The notes: generated from the letters alone by a model not told the origin. 52,793 bases of DNA from an uncultured Mycoplasmatota bacterium (GCA_946497145.1 CAMMJA010000001.1:87334-140126); one strand, 5' to 3'. Shown: positions 40,313 through 50,353, counted from the first letter of the stretch. A program made the numbers and translations.

Positions 40313-41817
40313 TGATGAAACCGATTGTACTAGCCATTTTAGATGGGTTTGGCTATCGTGAAGAAAAAAAGGGAAATGCCATTGCTGCGGCTAAAAAGCC
40401 GAACATTGATTCTTTGTGGCAAGAATATCCACATAGTTTATTAGAAGCCAGTGGGGAATCAGTTGGACTTCCTAGTGGTCAAATGGGAAACAGTGAAGTA
40501 GGCCACTTGAATATTGGTGCTGGAAGAATTGTCTATCAACCATTACAGTTAATCAATAAAAGTATTCAAGACCGAACTTTCTTTGAAAATGAGCAGTTTT
40601 TAAAATTGATTCATTCTGTAAAAGAAAAGGGATCAAAACTACATCTTTTAGGGTTACTTTCTGATGGCGGCATTCATTCCCATATCAATCATTTTTATGC
40701 CTTATTAGAATTAGCCAAACAAGAGGGACTAGAAGAAGTATATGTACATGCTTTTCTGGATGGTAGAGATACTTTACCAAATGTAGCCATTACTTATTTA
40801 AATGCGTTAAGTAAGAAAATGCAAGAACTTGGAGTAGGTAAGATTGTAGATATTTCAGGAAGATACTATTCCATGGATCGAGAAAGAATGTGGAATTTAA
40901 CAGAACAGTATTACAACGTGTTGGTAAGAGGTATGGGACCTAGTATTACAGACTATCATAGTTATATTCAAGACAGTTACCAAAAGGGAATTTATGATGA
41001 ATTTATCGTACCTGCTTTATTATCGAAAGATGGTTTGGTAGAAAATGAAGATGGATTAATTTTTGTGAATTTTAGACCAGATCGTGCTACTCAGTTGTTT
41101 ACGGCTTTGACCAATCCAGAATTTAAAGAATTTAAAGCAGATACATTAAATATAAAAGTAGTTACGATGATGCCAGTAGAACATACAGTAATATCAACTC
41201 CTGCCTTCATCATGCCGAAATTAGATTGTACCTTAGGAATGTATTTAGCAGAAAAAAACTATAAAGTGTTGCGTATTGCTGAAGCAAGCAAATATCCGCA
41301 TGTTACCTACTTTTTTGATGGTGGGTTAGAGTTAGAATTAAAAGGTACAGACAAAATCATTGTTCCTAGAAAAGATGTAGCGACCTATGATTTATATCCA
41401 GCAATGTCTAGTTATGAAGTAACAGATCAATTGTTGGAAGTAATCAATCAGTATGATGTTGTGATATTAAACTTTGCTAACTGTGATATGGTGGGACATA
41501 CGGGGAATTTTGAGGCAACCGTAAAGGCGGTAGAAGCAGTAGATGAAAATGTTGGTAGAATTAAGAAAAAAGTAGATGAATTAGGAGGTTTATTGATCGT
41601 AACTGCTGATCATGGTAATGCAGAGTACATGGAGAGTGAAGAAGGTGAAATTATCACGAGTCATACTTGCAATTTAGTACCATTTATTGTTTGTAACAAA
41701 GATTATCAAGTAAAAAATGGAAAACTAGGTGATATTGCACCTACTATTTTGCAAATCATGAACGAAGATATCCCAGATGAAATGACAGGGAATGTCTTAA
41801 TAAAATGTGACAAATAG
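40312..41817 (+). CDS. gpmI: 2,3-bisphosphoglycerate-independent phosphoglycerate mutase
   Basis: ILDGFG, MGNSEVGH, SDGGIHSH, DMVGHTG, TADHGN; TAATG overlap with upstream gene. Confidence 0.98.
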   Translation: MMKPIVLAILDGFGYREEKKGNAIAAAKKPNIDSLWQEYPHSLLEASGESVGLPSGQMGNSEVGHLNIGAGRIVYQPLQLINKSIQDRTFFENEQFLKLIHSVKEKGSKLHLLGLLSDGGIHSHINHFYALLELAKQEGLEEVYVHAFLDGRDTLPNVAITYLNALSKKMQELGVGKIVDISGRYYSMDRERMWNLTEQYYNVLVRGMGPSITDYHSYIQDSYQKGIYDEFIVPALLSKDGLVENEDGLIFVNFRPDRATQLFTALTNPEFKEFKADTLNIKVVTMMPVEHTVISTPAFIMPKLDCTLGMYLAEKNYKVLRIAEASKYPHVTYFFDGGLELELKGTDKIIVPRKDVATYDLYPAMSSYEVTDQLLEVINQYDVVILNFANCDMVGHTGNFEATVKAVEAVDENVGRIKKKVDELGGLLIVTADHGNAEYMESEEGEIITSHTCNLVPFIVCNKDYQVKNGKLGDIAPTILQIMNEDIPDEMTGNVLIKCDK

Positions 41818-41878
41818 TCTGTGATTTATTGACATAAAGACAAAACTAAATATAAGGATAGGAAAGGAAAAGAAAGAT

Positions 41879-42733
41879 ATGAAACGGAAAAAATGGGTAA
41901 AATGCGGACTTCTTACTTTAATGATAATCGGTTTATCTCCGTTGCATGTATTTGCTGCTCTTGGACATGTTCGAGTATCTGTAACGATGACTTGTGATAA
42001 ATTAAAGTTACAAGCAGGAGAAACAGCAACTTGTGGAGTATCGATATCTTCAGAGTCGGTATCATCTTCAAGTAGCAATTTTTCAGCCATTCATGGTGAA
42101 ATTATTGCAAGCGATGGGCTCGAAATAGAAACTATTGCTTCAGCCGATAATAATTATACACTTACAAGTGATGGAAGTAAATTTGTTTTAAAAGCAAATG
42201 ATCCAATTACTGTTGTCAATCAGGAATTAATGGAAGTAAAGATTACTGCTAGACAAGATACAAAAGTAGAAAAAGCAAATGTGCAAATAAAAGCAACACT
42301 AGAATGCACCGATTGGATCAAAGGTGATTTAACCAAAGACGGAGTTGTCAATGGCGGAGATTCTGCGGCAGCGTCTAAAATTATAGGGGAAGCAGCAGGT
42401 GGAAGCGAGCCAACTGAAGAAGAACTTTTGCTTGGCGATATGACCGGTGATGGTGCTATTACGATTGAAGATGTCAATGAAATTGATAGAGAAGCGGCAC
42501 GTGAAGCACAAGGAAATATGTCTGGTAGAGAGTATGTGTGCTTTACTATTGATCAAAATAGAGATGGATCGACTAGTACGATTGAATTTGAAGTAACACC
42601 AGCAGAAGAAGTAGTAGATGTACCAGATACTGCTTCAAGTATTCCAGTATGGTATTATGTTGCTGGCGCTGTATTCATGGCATTTGGTGTTTATCTTATC
42701 GTAGAAGCAAGAAGAAAGAATCAAGTACAATAA
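41879..42733 (+). CDS. Cell-surface protein: signal peptide, cohesin-like beta-sandwich, inserted dockerin-like domain, VPDTA sortase-type anchor
   Basis: Signal peptide ending VFA; GDLTKDGVVNGGDS and GDMTGDGAITIEDV duplicated Ca-loops; VPDTA + TM + RRK tail. Confidence 0.7.
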   Translation: MKRKKWVKCGLLTLMIIGLSPLHVFAALGHVRVSVTMTCDKLKLQAGETATCGVSISSESVSSSSSNFSAIHGEIIASDGLEIETIASADNNYTLTSDGSKFVLKANDPITVVNQELMEVKITARQDTKVEKANVQIKATLECTDWIKGDLTKDGVVNGGDSAAASKIIGEAAGGSEPTEEELLLGDMTGDGAITIEDVNEIDREAAREAQGNMSGREYVCFTIDQNRDGSTSTIEFEVTPAEEVVDVPDTASSIPVWYYVAGAVFMAFGVYLIVEARRKNQVQ

Positions 42734-42755
42734 AAACCACGTATGTGGTTTTTTT
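42732..42755. terminator. Bidirectional terminator
   Basis: AAAAACCAC-GTAT-GTGGTTTTT between convergent genes. Confidence 0.8.
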
Positions 42756-42758
42756 CTA

Positions 42759-43748
42759 TCATATTTTTTGAACACGAAATTTACTCGCTAATATGTTCCG
42801 ATTATCAGGGAAAAAAGAATTGATCGTCCAATAACTAACTCCTCCTAATTGGTACTTTGTTACTAAGTTCAGTTTGGCTTCGATGCTCCTTGCATCTTCA
42901 AACCATACCACGTGTTCTTTTCCATCTTCGGATGTATAATAAAAATAGGGTGATTGGGCAACCTCGTCAAATTGAATGGTTGCTCCTTTTTCTTGTGCTA
43001 GAGTTGCTGCTTGTGTATGGCTCAAACTTCTAGCGGCACTTCCTGGTTCATAAGGAAGAGTCCAATCATACCCATAATTGGGAATTCCCATTAAAATTTT
43101 TTCACTAGGGATGACAGAAACAGCATAATCTAATACTTTTTGTACTTGATTGATCGGGGCAACGGCTTGTGGTGGACCATACGTATATCCCCATTCATAG
43201 GTCATTAATATTACGTGATCTACTGTTTTACCATGAAAGGCGTAGTCGTGTGCTTCGTACAAGGTCCCTTTTTGCTCAGCACTAACTTTAGGAGCAAGAG
43301 CGGTTGTGACGATAAAATTATATGGATGGAACAAAGTCACGGCTTTACTTAAAAAGTTGTTGTATGCTTCTTTATCGCTTGGGAAAATATATTCAAAGTC
43401 AATGTCAATTCCGTAGTATTGTTTCTGCTGCATGATATTCAAGCAAGTATTTAATAAGCGATCTTGAATGCTCTCGTTGTTTAATATGGAATGTGCTAGT
43501 TCACTACTAAAACTACCACTTTCATCGATATTGGTAATTACCATCATGGGCGCTACTGAATTGTTTCTTGCGGTTTGAATGAGAGTATCATCGGAAATAG
43601 TAATAAGGTCTCCAAGTGCAGTCACATGATAACTAAAAATACTAAGATAAGTAAGATAAGGTAACGTCTGTTGTAGTATGTTTGAATCAATGGTTGGATA
43701 AGCGTATCCATTTACTAAAATAGTTGGTTTCATCTGTTGATCATTCAT
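42759..43748 (-). CDS. GH18 spore cortex/germination glycosidase (YaaH/YdhD-like) without LysM domains
   Basis: VNGYAYP, GIDIDFEY (DxDxE), LMTYEWG, GIPNYGYDW, VWFEDARS, GVSYW. Confidence 0.9.
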   Translation of the reverse strand: MNDQQMKPTILVNGYAYPTIDSNILQQTLPYLTYLSIFSYHVTALGDLITISDDTLIQTARNNSVAPMMVITNIDESGSFSSELAHSILNNESIQDRLLNTCLNIMQQKQYYGIDIDFEYIFPSDKEAYNNFLSKAVTLFHPYNFIVTTALAPKVSAEQKGTLYEAHDYAFHGKTVDHVILMTYEWGYTYGPPQAVAPINQVQKVLDYAVSVIPSEKILMGIPNYGYDWTLPYEPGSAARSLSHTQAATLAQEKGATIQFDEVAQSPYFYYTSEDGKEHVVWFEDARSIEAKLNLVTKYQLGGVSYWTINSFFPDNRNILASKFRVQKI

Positions 43749-43769
43749 ATTTTCCTCCTAATCTAGTTA

Positions 43770-43798
43770 TATATATGAAATAAAAAATATTTTCATAC
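43770..43798 (-). promoter_or_regulatory. SigmaE-like sporulation promoter
   Basis: Minus strand GTATG-16 nt-CATATATA just upstream of AGGAGG RBS of GH18 gene. Confidence 0.5.
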
Positions 43799-43820
43799 AA
43801 AAATTGCTATTTCATTTATA

Positions 43821-43832
43821 AGACATATGTTC
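43821..43832. promoter_or_regulatory. Possible LexA (SOS) box abutting dinB -10
   Basis: AGACATATGTTC versus Gram-positive GAAC-N4-GTTC; TATAAT follows at 43833. Confidence 0.35.
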
Positions 43833-43857
43833 TATAATAGAAACAGAAGGTGGTATT

Positions 43858-45054
43858 TTGGGAAAAGAACGATTGATTTTTCATGTGGATGTCAACAATG
43901 CTTTTTTATCTTGGACAGCGGTTGATTTATTAAAGAATGGTTACAAACAAGATATTCGTAAGATTCCGTCGATCATTGGTGGCGATGAGAAGTTGCGAAA
44001 AGGAATCGTTTTGGCCAAATCACCTGTTGCGAAAAAAATGGGTGTGGTAACAGCCGAAACCATCTATTCGGCTCGTAAAAAGTGTCGTTCTTTGCAAGTG
44101 TTTCCTCCCAAATATCAATTATATAAGGCGCAATCGAATCTACTTCACCAATACTTATCCCAATATACCAACAAAATAGAACGTTATTCTATCGATGAAT
44201 GCTTTTTAGATATGACAGGAACTTCTTTGTTGTATCCAGATCCGATCAAACTTGCTTATCAGATGAAAAAGGAAATCAAAAAGAAATTTGGATTTACGGT
44301 AAATATTGGGATTGGCAACAATAAACTATGTGCCAAGATGGCATCTGACTTTGAAAAGCCCGATCGCGTGCATACGTTGTTTCAATCCGAAATTGAAAGT
44401 AAACTATGGCCTTTACCTGTATCGGATTTGTTGATGGTTGGAAAGCAGTCGGCGAAAGTATTAAAGCAATTAAATATTCATACGATTGGAGATTTGGCAA
44501 GAGCGGATTTAAAGTTATTGAAACGTTATTTTAAATCGCAAGGGGAATTTATGAGACGTTCGGCCAACGGAATAGATGATAGCGAAGTGGAATCGGAGCG
44601 TGGAAAACATAAATGCATTAGTGTGAGTAGAACCCTTCCTTACGATCATTCGGATCCAGTCAAACTGAAAAAAATATTGTTTACGCAAGCAGAAGAAGTG
44701 GGAAGACAATTACGTAAGCAAAAACAATATACCAAAACAATTGCAGTAACTTTCAAAAACAGTCAATTTGAATCGTATTCACATCAAATGAAACTATACA
44801 ATCAAACGAATGTCACCGATGAAATATACAAGACGGCAGTGACATTATTTGATCGTGCTTGGCGACAAGATGACATTCGAAACATTGGCATTCGCTTAAG
44901 TGATTTGGTGTCAGGAAAGGAAAAGCAGATATCGTTGTTCGAAACGGAAAAAGATGAAAAGAGTGATAAGATTCAAGAGGTGCTCGATCAAATCAAAGAT
45001 AAATATGGAAACAATAGTATTATATCGGCTAGTTTGTTGGACAAAGAGAAGTAA
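43858..45054 (+). CDS. dinB: Y-family DNA polymerase IV
   Basis: HVDVNNAF, YSIDECFLD, AKMASDFEKP, C-terminal QISLF clamp motif. Confidence 0.93.
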   Translation: MGKERLIFHVDVNNAFLSWTAVDLLKNGYKQDIRKIPSIIGGDEKLRKGIVLAKSPVAKKMGVVTAETIYSARKKCRSLQVFPPKYQLYKAQSNLLHQYLSQYTNKIERYSIDECFLDMTGTSLLYPDPIKLAYQMKKEIKKKFGFTVNIGIGNNKLCAKMASDFEKPDRVHTLFQSEIESKLWPLPVSDLLMVGKQSAKVLKQLNIHTIGDLARADLKLLKRYFKSQGEFMRRSANGIDDSEVESERGKHKCISVSRTLPYDHSDPVKLKKILFTQAEEVGRQLRKQKQYTKTIAVTFKNSQFESYSHQMKLYNQTNVTDEIYKTAVTLFDRAWRQDDIRNIGIRLSDLVSGKEKQISLFETEKDEKSDKIQEVLDQIKDKYGNNSIISASLLDKEK

Positions 45055-45106
45055 TCCTGTCTCTTTTTTATTGACAAAATACTTGAAAGAAAAATCTAAA
45101 AAATGC

Positions 45107-45136
45107 TTGCAAAGCATATAATACTTATGATATAAT
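45107..45136 (+). promoter_or_regulatory. SigmaA promoter of S10 operon
   Basis: TTGCAA-18-TATAAT with TG extension. Confidence 0.7.
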
Positions 45137-45142
45137 TTTATC

Positions 45143-45259
45143 TGTGTGGCTGCTTAGATGTGCAAGGTTGTCGATACACCGGGTTGAGTTGCCAAATTGT
45201 ATCGGGTTATTTGCGCGGAGCATGTCTATACTAGATATAGGCGAAGGGAGGATATAAAC
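45143..45259 (+). ncRNA. Structured S10 operon leader RNA
   Basis: GC-rich leader with CGATACA/TGTATCG stem and AGGTTG...TTGCCA...CGGAG..TGTCTA elements recalled from Bacilli S10 leaders. Confidence 0.6.
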
Positions 45260-45568
45260 ATGTCAAAGGAAAAAGTTCGTATCAGATTAAAAGCATATGA
45301 TCATAGAATACTTGACAATGCTGCCACGAAAATTGTTGAAACAATCAAAAGATCAGGAGGAGAAATTTCTGGACCAGTTCCACTACCAACTGAAATTGAA
45401 AAGTTCACAATTTTAAGAGCGGTACACAAGGATAAAGATTCACGTGAACAATTTGAAATGCGTACACACAAAAGATTGATCGATATCAAAAATCCAAGTA
45501 AGGAAACCATTGAAGCATTGGCACACTTAGATTTGCCAAGTGGTGTTGACATCGAAATTAAATTATAA
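45260..45568 (+). CDS. rpsJ: 30S ribosomal protein S10
   Basis: [32 protein letters not shown]. Confidence 0.99.
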   Translation: MSKEKVRIRLKAYDHRILDNAATKIVETIKRSGGEISGPVPLPTEIEKFTILRAVHKDKDSREQFEMRTHKRLIDIKNPSKETIEALAHLDLPSGVDIEIKL

Positions 45569-45584
45569 TTAGGAGGAAACAAAA

Positions 45585-46349
45585 ATGAAAGGAATCTTAG
45601 GTACAAAAGTTGGAATGACTCAAGTGTTTACTAAAAACGGAAAGTTAATTCCTGTTACGGTAGTATCTGTTGAACCAAACGTTGTAACACAAATTAAGAC
45701 GGTTGAAAAAGATGGATACAATGCCATTCAATTAGGATACCAAACTGTAAGAGAAAAAGTAAGCAACAAACCAAAGATGGGTCATACCAAAAAAGCGGGT
45801 ACAGAACCTAAGCGCTTCTTAAGAGAAATTAGGGGAGTAAATGTTGATGACTATACATTAGGACAAGTAATCAACATCGATATTTTTAGCGAAGGAGAAA
45901 TCGTTGACGTTAGCGGTATCAGCAAAGGAAAGGGTTTCCAAGGTGTGATCAAACGTCACAATCAATCTCGCGGTCCAATGGGACACGGATCACAATATCA
46001 TAGAGGTGTTGGATCTTTAGGTACTATGTTACCAATGCACGTATTAAAAGGTAAAAAATTACCTGGACACATGGGAAATGTAGCAACGACAGTGCAAAAT
46101 CTTGAAGTAATTGCTGTCGATTTAGAAAACAACTGCATTTTAATTAAAGGAAATGTTCCGGGTCCAAAAAATTCATTAGTTATGATTCGTACTTCAGTAA
46201 AAAAGAAAGATCAAAAAAATCAACCAGAAGAATTGATTACTTATGTAGTGGAAGAAGAAGTTCCATTATTAGAAGAAGAACAGACAACTGAAGCAGCAGA
46301 AGAAACAACAGAAACCGAAGAAACATCATCACAAACGGAATCAGAATAA
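45585..46349 (+). CDS. rplC: 50S ribosomal protein L3 with acidic C-terminal extension
   Basis: [27 protein letters not shown]. Confidence 0.99.
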   Translation: MKGILGTKVGMTQVFTKNGKLIPVTVVSVEPNVVTQIKTVEKDGYNAIQLGYQTVREKVSNKPKMGHTKKAGTEPKRFLREIRGVNVDDYTLGQVINIDIFSEGEIVDVSGISKGKGFQGVIKRHNQSRGPMGHGSQYHRGVGSLGTMLPMHVLKGKKLPGHMGNVATTVQNLEVIAVDLENNCILIKGNVPGPKNSLVMIRTSVKKKDQKNQPEELITYVVEEEVPLLEEEQTTEAAEETTETEETSSQTESE

Positions 46350-46393
46350 GAAAAGATAAATGAAAATGAATGTGATGAAAGGAGGAATCGAGA

Positions 46394-47020
46394 ATGGGAA
46401 AAGTAAATGTTTTGAACCTTAATGGGGAAAAAATAAAAGACATCAAACTAAATGAATCAATATTTGGTATTACACCAAATGATAAAGTGTTATACAATGC
46501 GATCATCTTGACCAGAGCATCGCTAAGACAAGGAACACATAAAACAAAAAATCGTGCAGAAGTATCAGGTGGTGGCCGTAAGCCATGGAGACAAAAAGGA
46601 ACAGGACACGCACGTCAAGGATCTATCCGTGCCGTTCAATGGGTAGGTGGAGGAAATTATGGAACTCCAGTACCTCGTGACTATAGCAAAAAAATGAATC
46701 GTAAGGAACGTCGTTTGGCACTAAAATCTGCTTTGACTCACAAACAAGAAGAAAATGCCATCATCGTTTTAGATGAATTGACTTTTGCAACACCAAAAAC
46801 AAAAGAAATGGTAAAATTATTAACTACATTAAAAATTGCCGATAAAAAAGTGTTGATCGTGGTAAAAGAATTTGACGAAAACGTTGTTTTATCATCTCGC
46901 AATTTAGGAAATGTTGCCATTATGGAAACAAGCGAAGTAAACGTATTAGATTTGGTTACTGCTGATTATGTAGTAATGACCACGGATGCATTAGAAAAAT
47001 TAGAGGAGGTGCTTAGTTAA
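46394..47020 (+). CDS. rplD: 50S ribosomal protein L4
   Basis: [27 protein letters not shown]. Confidence 0.99.
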   Translation: MGKVNVLNLNGEKIKDIKLNESIFGITPNDKVLYNAIILTRASLRQGTHKTKNRAEVSGGGRKPWRQKGTGHARQGSIRAVQWVGGGNYGTPVPRDYSKKMNRKERRLALKSALTHKQEENAIIVLDELTFATPKTKEMVKLLTTLKIADKKVLIVVKEFDENVVLSSRNLGNVAIMETSEVNVLDLVTADYVVMTTDALEKLEEVLS

Positions 47021-47304
47021 TGGATACCAAATATTTAGAAATCATCAAAGCACCAGTGATTACTGAAAAATCTGGAAACATTACCCAAAATGAAGGGAAA
47101 TATGTTTTTAAAGTAGATGCTAGAGCCAACAAAACAGAAATTAAACTAGCAATCGAAAAAATCTTCAATGTAAAAGTAGAAGAAGTTCGTACAATTAATG
47201 TAAAACCAAAAAAAAGAAGAGTTGGTCGTTATACTGGTTTAACAAACCGCACGAAAAAAGCGATTGTTACACTAAAAGAAGGCCAAACCATTGATCTTGG
47301 TTAG
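47020..47304 (+). CDS. rplW: 50S ribosomal protein L23
   Basis: PVITEKS, ANKTEIK, KKAIVTL. Confidence 0.98.
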   Translation: MDTKYLEIIKAPVITEKSGNITQNEGKYVFKVDARANKTEIKLAIEKIFNVKVEEVRTINVKPKKRRVGRYTGLTNRTKKAIVTLKEGQTIDLG

Positions 47305-47318
47305 AAGGAGGGTTAAAG

Positions 47319-48149
47319 ATGGCAATTAGAAATTATAAACCTACTACACCAGGACGTAGAAAGATGAGTACGTTAGTAAACGAAGAGATTACCAAGACTA
47401 CTCCTGAAAAGAAACTTGTAGTTCGTTTAAAGAAAAACGGTGGACGTAACAATCAAGGAAAGACGACAGTAAGACATCAAGGTGGTGGCGCTAAAAGAAA
47501 ATATCGTATCATTGATTTTAAAAGAAATAAATTCGATATTCCAGGAACTGTTGCAAGCATTGAATACGATCCAAATAGAACAGCAAACATTGCACTTATC
47601 AATTATCGTGATGGAGAAAAACGTTATATCATTGCTCCAAAGGGATTAAAAGTTGGTATGGAAATCATGGCAAGTGAAAATGCTGATATCAAAGTAGGAA
47701 ACGCTCTACCAATCATGAATATTCCAGTTGGTACTATGATTCATAACATCGAACTTCGCCCAGGAAAAGGTGGAGAACTAGCAAGAAGTGCTGGCGCTTC
47801 TGCTCAAATCTTAGGACGTGAAAACAATTATGTTATGATTCGTTTGTCAAGTGGTGAACAAAGAAAAATATTAGGAACTTGTATGGCTACCGTTGGTGAG
47901 GTAGGAAACGAAGATTCTGAATTAGTAAAATTAGGAAAAGCAGGAAGAAGTCGTCATATGGGAATTCGTCCAACAGTACGTGGATCTGTTATGAATCCAA
48001 ATGATCACCCACATGGTGGTGGAGAAGGACGTGCACCAATTGGCCGTAAAGGTCCCGTTACACCTTGGGGTAAACCTGCACTTGGATATAAGACACGTGG
48101 TAAAAAGTCAAGTGACAAATTTATCGTACGTCGTCGCAATAGTAAATAA
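47319..48149 (+). CDS. rplB: 50S ribosomal protein L2
   Basis: [25 protein letters not shown]. Confidence 0.99.
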   Translation: MAIRNYKPTTPGRRKMSTLVNEEITKTTPEKKLVVRLKKNGGRNNQGKTTVRHQGGGAKRKYRIIDFKRNKFDIPGTVASIEYDPNRTANIALINYRDGEKRYIIAPKGLKVGMEIMASENADIKVGNALPIMNIPVGTMIHNIELRPGKGGELARSAGASAQILGRENNYVMIRLSSGEQRKILGTCMATVGEVGNEDSELVKLGKAGRSRHMGIRPTVRGSVMNPNDHPHGGGEGRAPIGRKGPVTPWGKPALGYKTRGKKSSDKFIVRRRNSK

Positions 48150-48166
48150 GGAAAGGATGATTTTAA

Positions 48167-48436
48167 ATGGCTAGAAGTTTAAAAAAAGGACCTTACGTAT
48201 TTGATCGTTTGTTGAATAAAGTAAGAGAATTAAACAATTCTGGAAAAAAAGAAGTAATTAAAACATGGTCACGCCGTTCAACAATTTATCCTGATTTTAT
48301 TGGACATACATTTGCGGTTCACAACGGGAAAGAATTCATACCAGTTTATGTTACCGAAGATATGGTTGGACATAAATTAGGTGAATTCGCCTTAACGCGC
48401 AAATTCGGCGGACATGGTTCTGATAAGAAAAAGTAA
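48167..48436 (+). CDS. rpsS: 30S ribosomal protein S19
   Basis: [23 protein letters not shown]. Confidence 0.99.
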   Translation: MARSLKKGPYVFDRLLNKVRELNNSGKKEVIKTWSRRSTIYPDFIGHTFAVHNGKEFIPVYVTEDMVGHKLGEFALTRKFGGHGSDKKK

Positions 48437-48460
48437 AATTAAGGACTAGGAGGGAAAAAT

Positions 48461-48793
48461 ATGGAAGCAAGAGCAATTGCGAAGACCTTACGTGTATCTC
48501 CAATCAAAACAAGATTAGTCGTTGATTTGATTCGTGGAAAAAAGGTAAGTGAAGCATTGACCATATTAAATAATATCAACCAAAAACCAGCACGTCTTAC
48601 CAAAAAAGTATTAGATTCTGCTATTGCCAATGCCGTAAACAACAACGGTGCTGATGCAAATGAACTATACATCAAAGAAGCAAGAGTAGATGCTGGTCCT
48701 GTTATGAAGCGTATCATGTTCGATTCACGCAGTCATATCGGGCACAAAGATAGAAGAACTAGTCACATTGTAATTGTTGTGGCTACAAAATAA
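48461..48793 (+). CDS. rplV: 50S ribosomal protein L22
   Basis: RLVVDLIRGK, SAIANA, RTSHI; operon position. Confidence 0.97.
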   Translation: MEARAIAKTLRVSPIKTRLVVDLIRGKKVSEALTILNNINQKPARLTKKVLDSAIANAVNNNGADANELYIKEARVDAGPVMKRIMFDSRSHIGHKDRRTSHIVIVVATK

Positions 48794-48811
48794 TCGTAAG
48801 GAGGTTATGAC

Positions 48812-49465
48812 ATGGGACAAAAAGTAAGTCCTAATGGACTAAGGATTGGGATCAATAAAACTTGGGAAGCCAAATGGTATGCCAACAAAAAAGATTTCTC
48901 AAAAGTATTGAACAACGATATCAAGATTCGTGAATACTTAGATAAGAATTTAAAAGATGCCGGCATTGCCAAAGTAGAAATTGATCGAAATAGCAAAAGA
49001 TGTGAAATTATCGTACATACTTCAAAGCCAGGTGTAATGATCGGTAAAGGCGGAGAAGAAATCGAGAAATTGAAGAAGAATTTATCGAAGTTAGTCAACG
49101 AAGAAATCCAAATTTCTATCGTCGATATCAAAAATCCTGATATGAATGCACAACTTGTGGCAAATTCTATTGCAAATCAAATCACGAACCGTGCATCATT
49201 TAGAATGGCACAAAAACGTGCGATTAGAAATGCAAGACGTGCTGGAGCAAAAGGAATTAAAACATTGGTATCAGGTCGCTTAGGTGGCGCAGACATGGCT
49301 CGTAGTGAGGGCTATACAGAAGGAACGATTCCACTACATACGTTAAGAGCAGATGTGGATTATGCAACCGCAGAAGCAGACACTACATTTGGAAAAATTG
49401 GTGTGAAAGTATGGATCTACAAAGGTGAAATTCTTCCAGAGAAAAAGGTAAAAGGAGGTAATTAA
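48812..49465 (+). CDS. rpsC: 30S ribosomal protein S3
   Basis: [27 protein letters not shown]. Confidence 0.99.
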   Translation: MGQKVSPNGLRIGINKTWEAKWYANKKDFSKVLNNDIKIREYLDKNLKDAGIAKVEIDRNSKRCEIIVHTSKPGVMIGKGGEEIEKLKKNLSKLVNEEIQISIVDIKNPDMNAQLVANSIANQITNRASFRMAQKRAIRNARRAGAKGIKTLVSGRLGGADMARSEGYTEGTIPLHTLRADVDYATAEADTTFGKIGVKVWIYKGEILPEKKVKGGN

Positions 49466-49466
49466 T

Positions 49467-49898
49467 ATGTTAATACCATCAAGAACAAAATATCGTCGTG
49501 TTCATAGATTACCTTATGAAGGAAAGTCACGTGGAAACCGTGAATTACATTTCGGAGAATATGGTCTTATGGCCAAAGAAGGAGCATGGATTACAGCCAA
49601 TCAAATCGAAGCAGCACGTATTGCCATGACTCGTTATATGAAACGTGGTGGAAAAGTATGGATCAATATTTTCCCACATATGCCTTTGACAAAGAAACCA
49701 ATTGGTACTCGTCAAGGAAAAGGTAAAGGTAACGTAGAGGGCTGGGTAGCAGTCGTAAAAGAAGGCAAAATCATGTTCGAAATTGCTGGTGTCAGCGAAG
49801 AAGTGGCACGTGAAGCATTACGTCTTGCTAGCCACAAATTACCAATTACCACAAAATTTGTAATGAAAGAAAATGGTGGTGACAAGAATGAAGGTTAA
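49467..49898 (+). CDS. rplP: 50S ribosomal protein L16
   Basis: [22 protein letters not shown]. Confidence 0.99.
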   Translation: MLIPSRTKYRRVHRLPYEGKSRGNRELHFGEYGLMAKEGAWITANQIEAARIAMTRYMKRGGKVWINIFPHMPLTKKPIGTRQGKGKGNVEGWVAVVKEGKIMFEIAGVSEEVAREALRLASHKLPITTKFVMKENGGDKNEG

Positions 49899-50082
49899 TG
49901 AAATTAGAAAGCTAACCACAGAAGAAATTAACGCTAAGATCAAAGAAACCAAAGAAGAACTATTCAATTTGCGTTTCCAACAAGCAACTGGTAATTTAGA
50001 AAAACCTTCAAGAATCAGAGAATTAAGACACACCGTTGCAAGAATGAAGACCGTTTTAAAAGAACGCGAATTAGGCGAGTAG
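49888..50082 (+). CDS. rpmC: 50S ribosomal protein L29
   Basis: [18 protein letters not shown]. Confidence 0.97.
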   Translation: MKVNEIRKLTTEEINAKIKETKEELFNLRFQQATGNLEKPSRIRELRHTVARMKTVLKERELGE

Positions 50083-50092
50083 GAGGGTTAGT

Positions 50093-50353
50093 ATGAACGA
50101 AACAAAAAAACGTGAATTTGTTGGACGTGTAGTAAGCAGTGCCAATAATAAGACCATTACGGTTTTGGTAGAAACTTACAAAGAGCATCCAAAATATAGA
50201 AAAAGAGTAAAATATTCTAAAAAATATACTGCTCACGATGAAACAAACAAGGCCAAAGTTGGCGATACTGTTCGTATTGTAGAAACAAAGCCGATATCTA
50301 AAACCAAACGTTTCTATTTAAAAGAAATAGTAAAAGAAGCAGTTATTTTATAG
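50093..50353 (+). CDS. rpsQ: 30S ribosomal protein S17
   Basis: [22 protein letters not shown]. Confidence 0.98.
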   Translation: MNETKKREFVGRVVSSANNKTITVLVETYKEHPKYRKRVKYSKKYTAHDETNKAKVGDTVRIVETKPISKTKRFYLKEIVKEAVIL

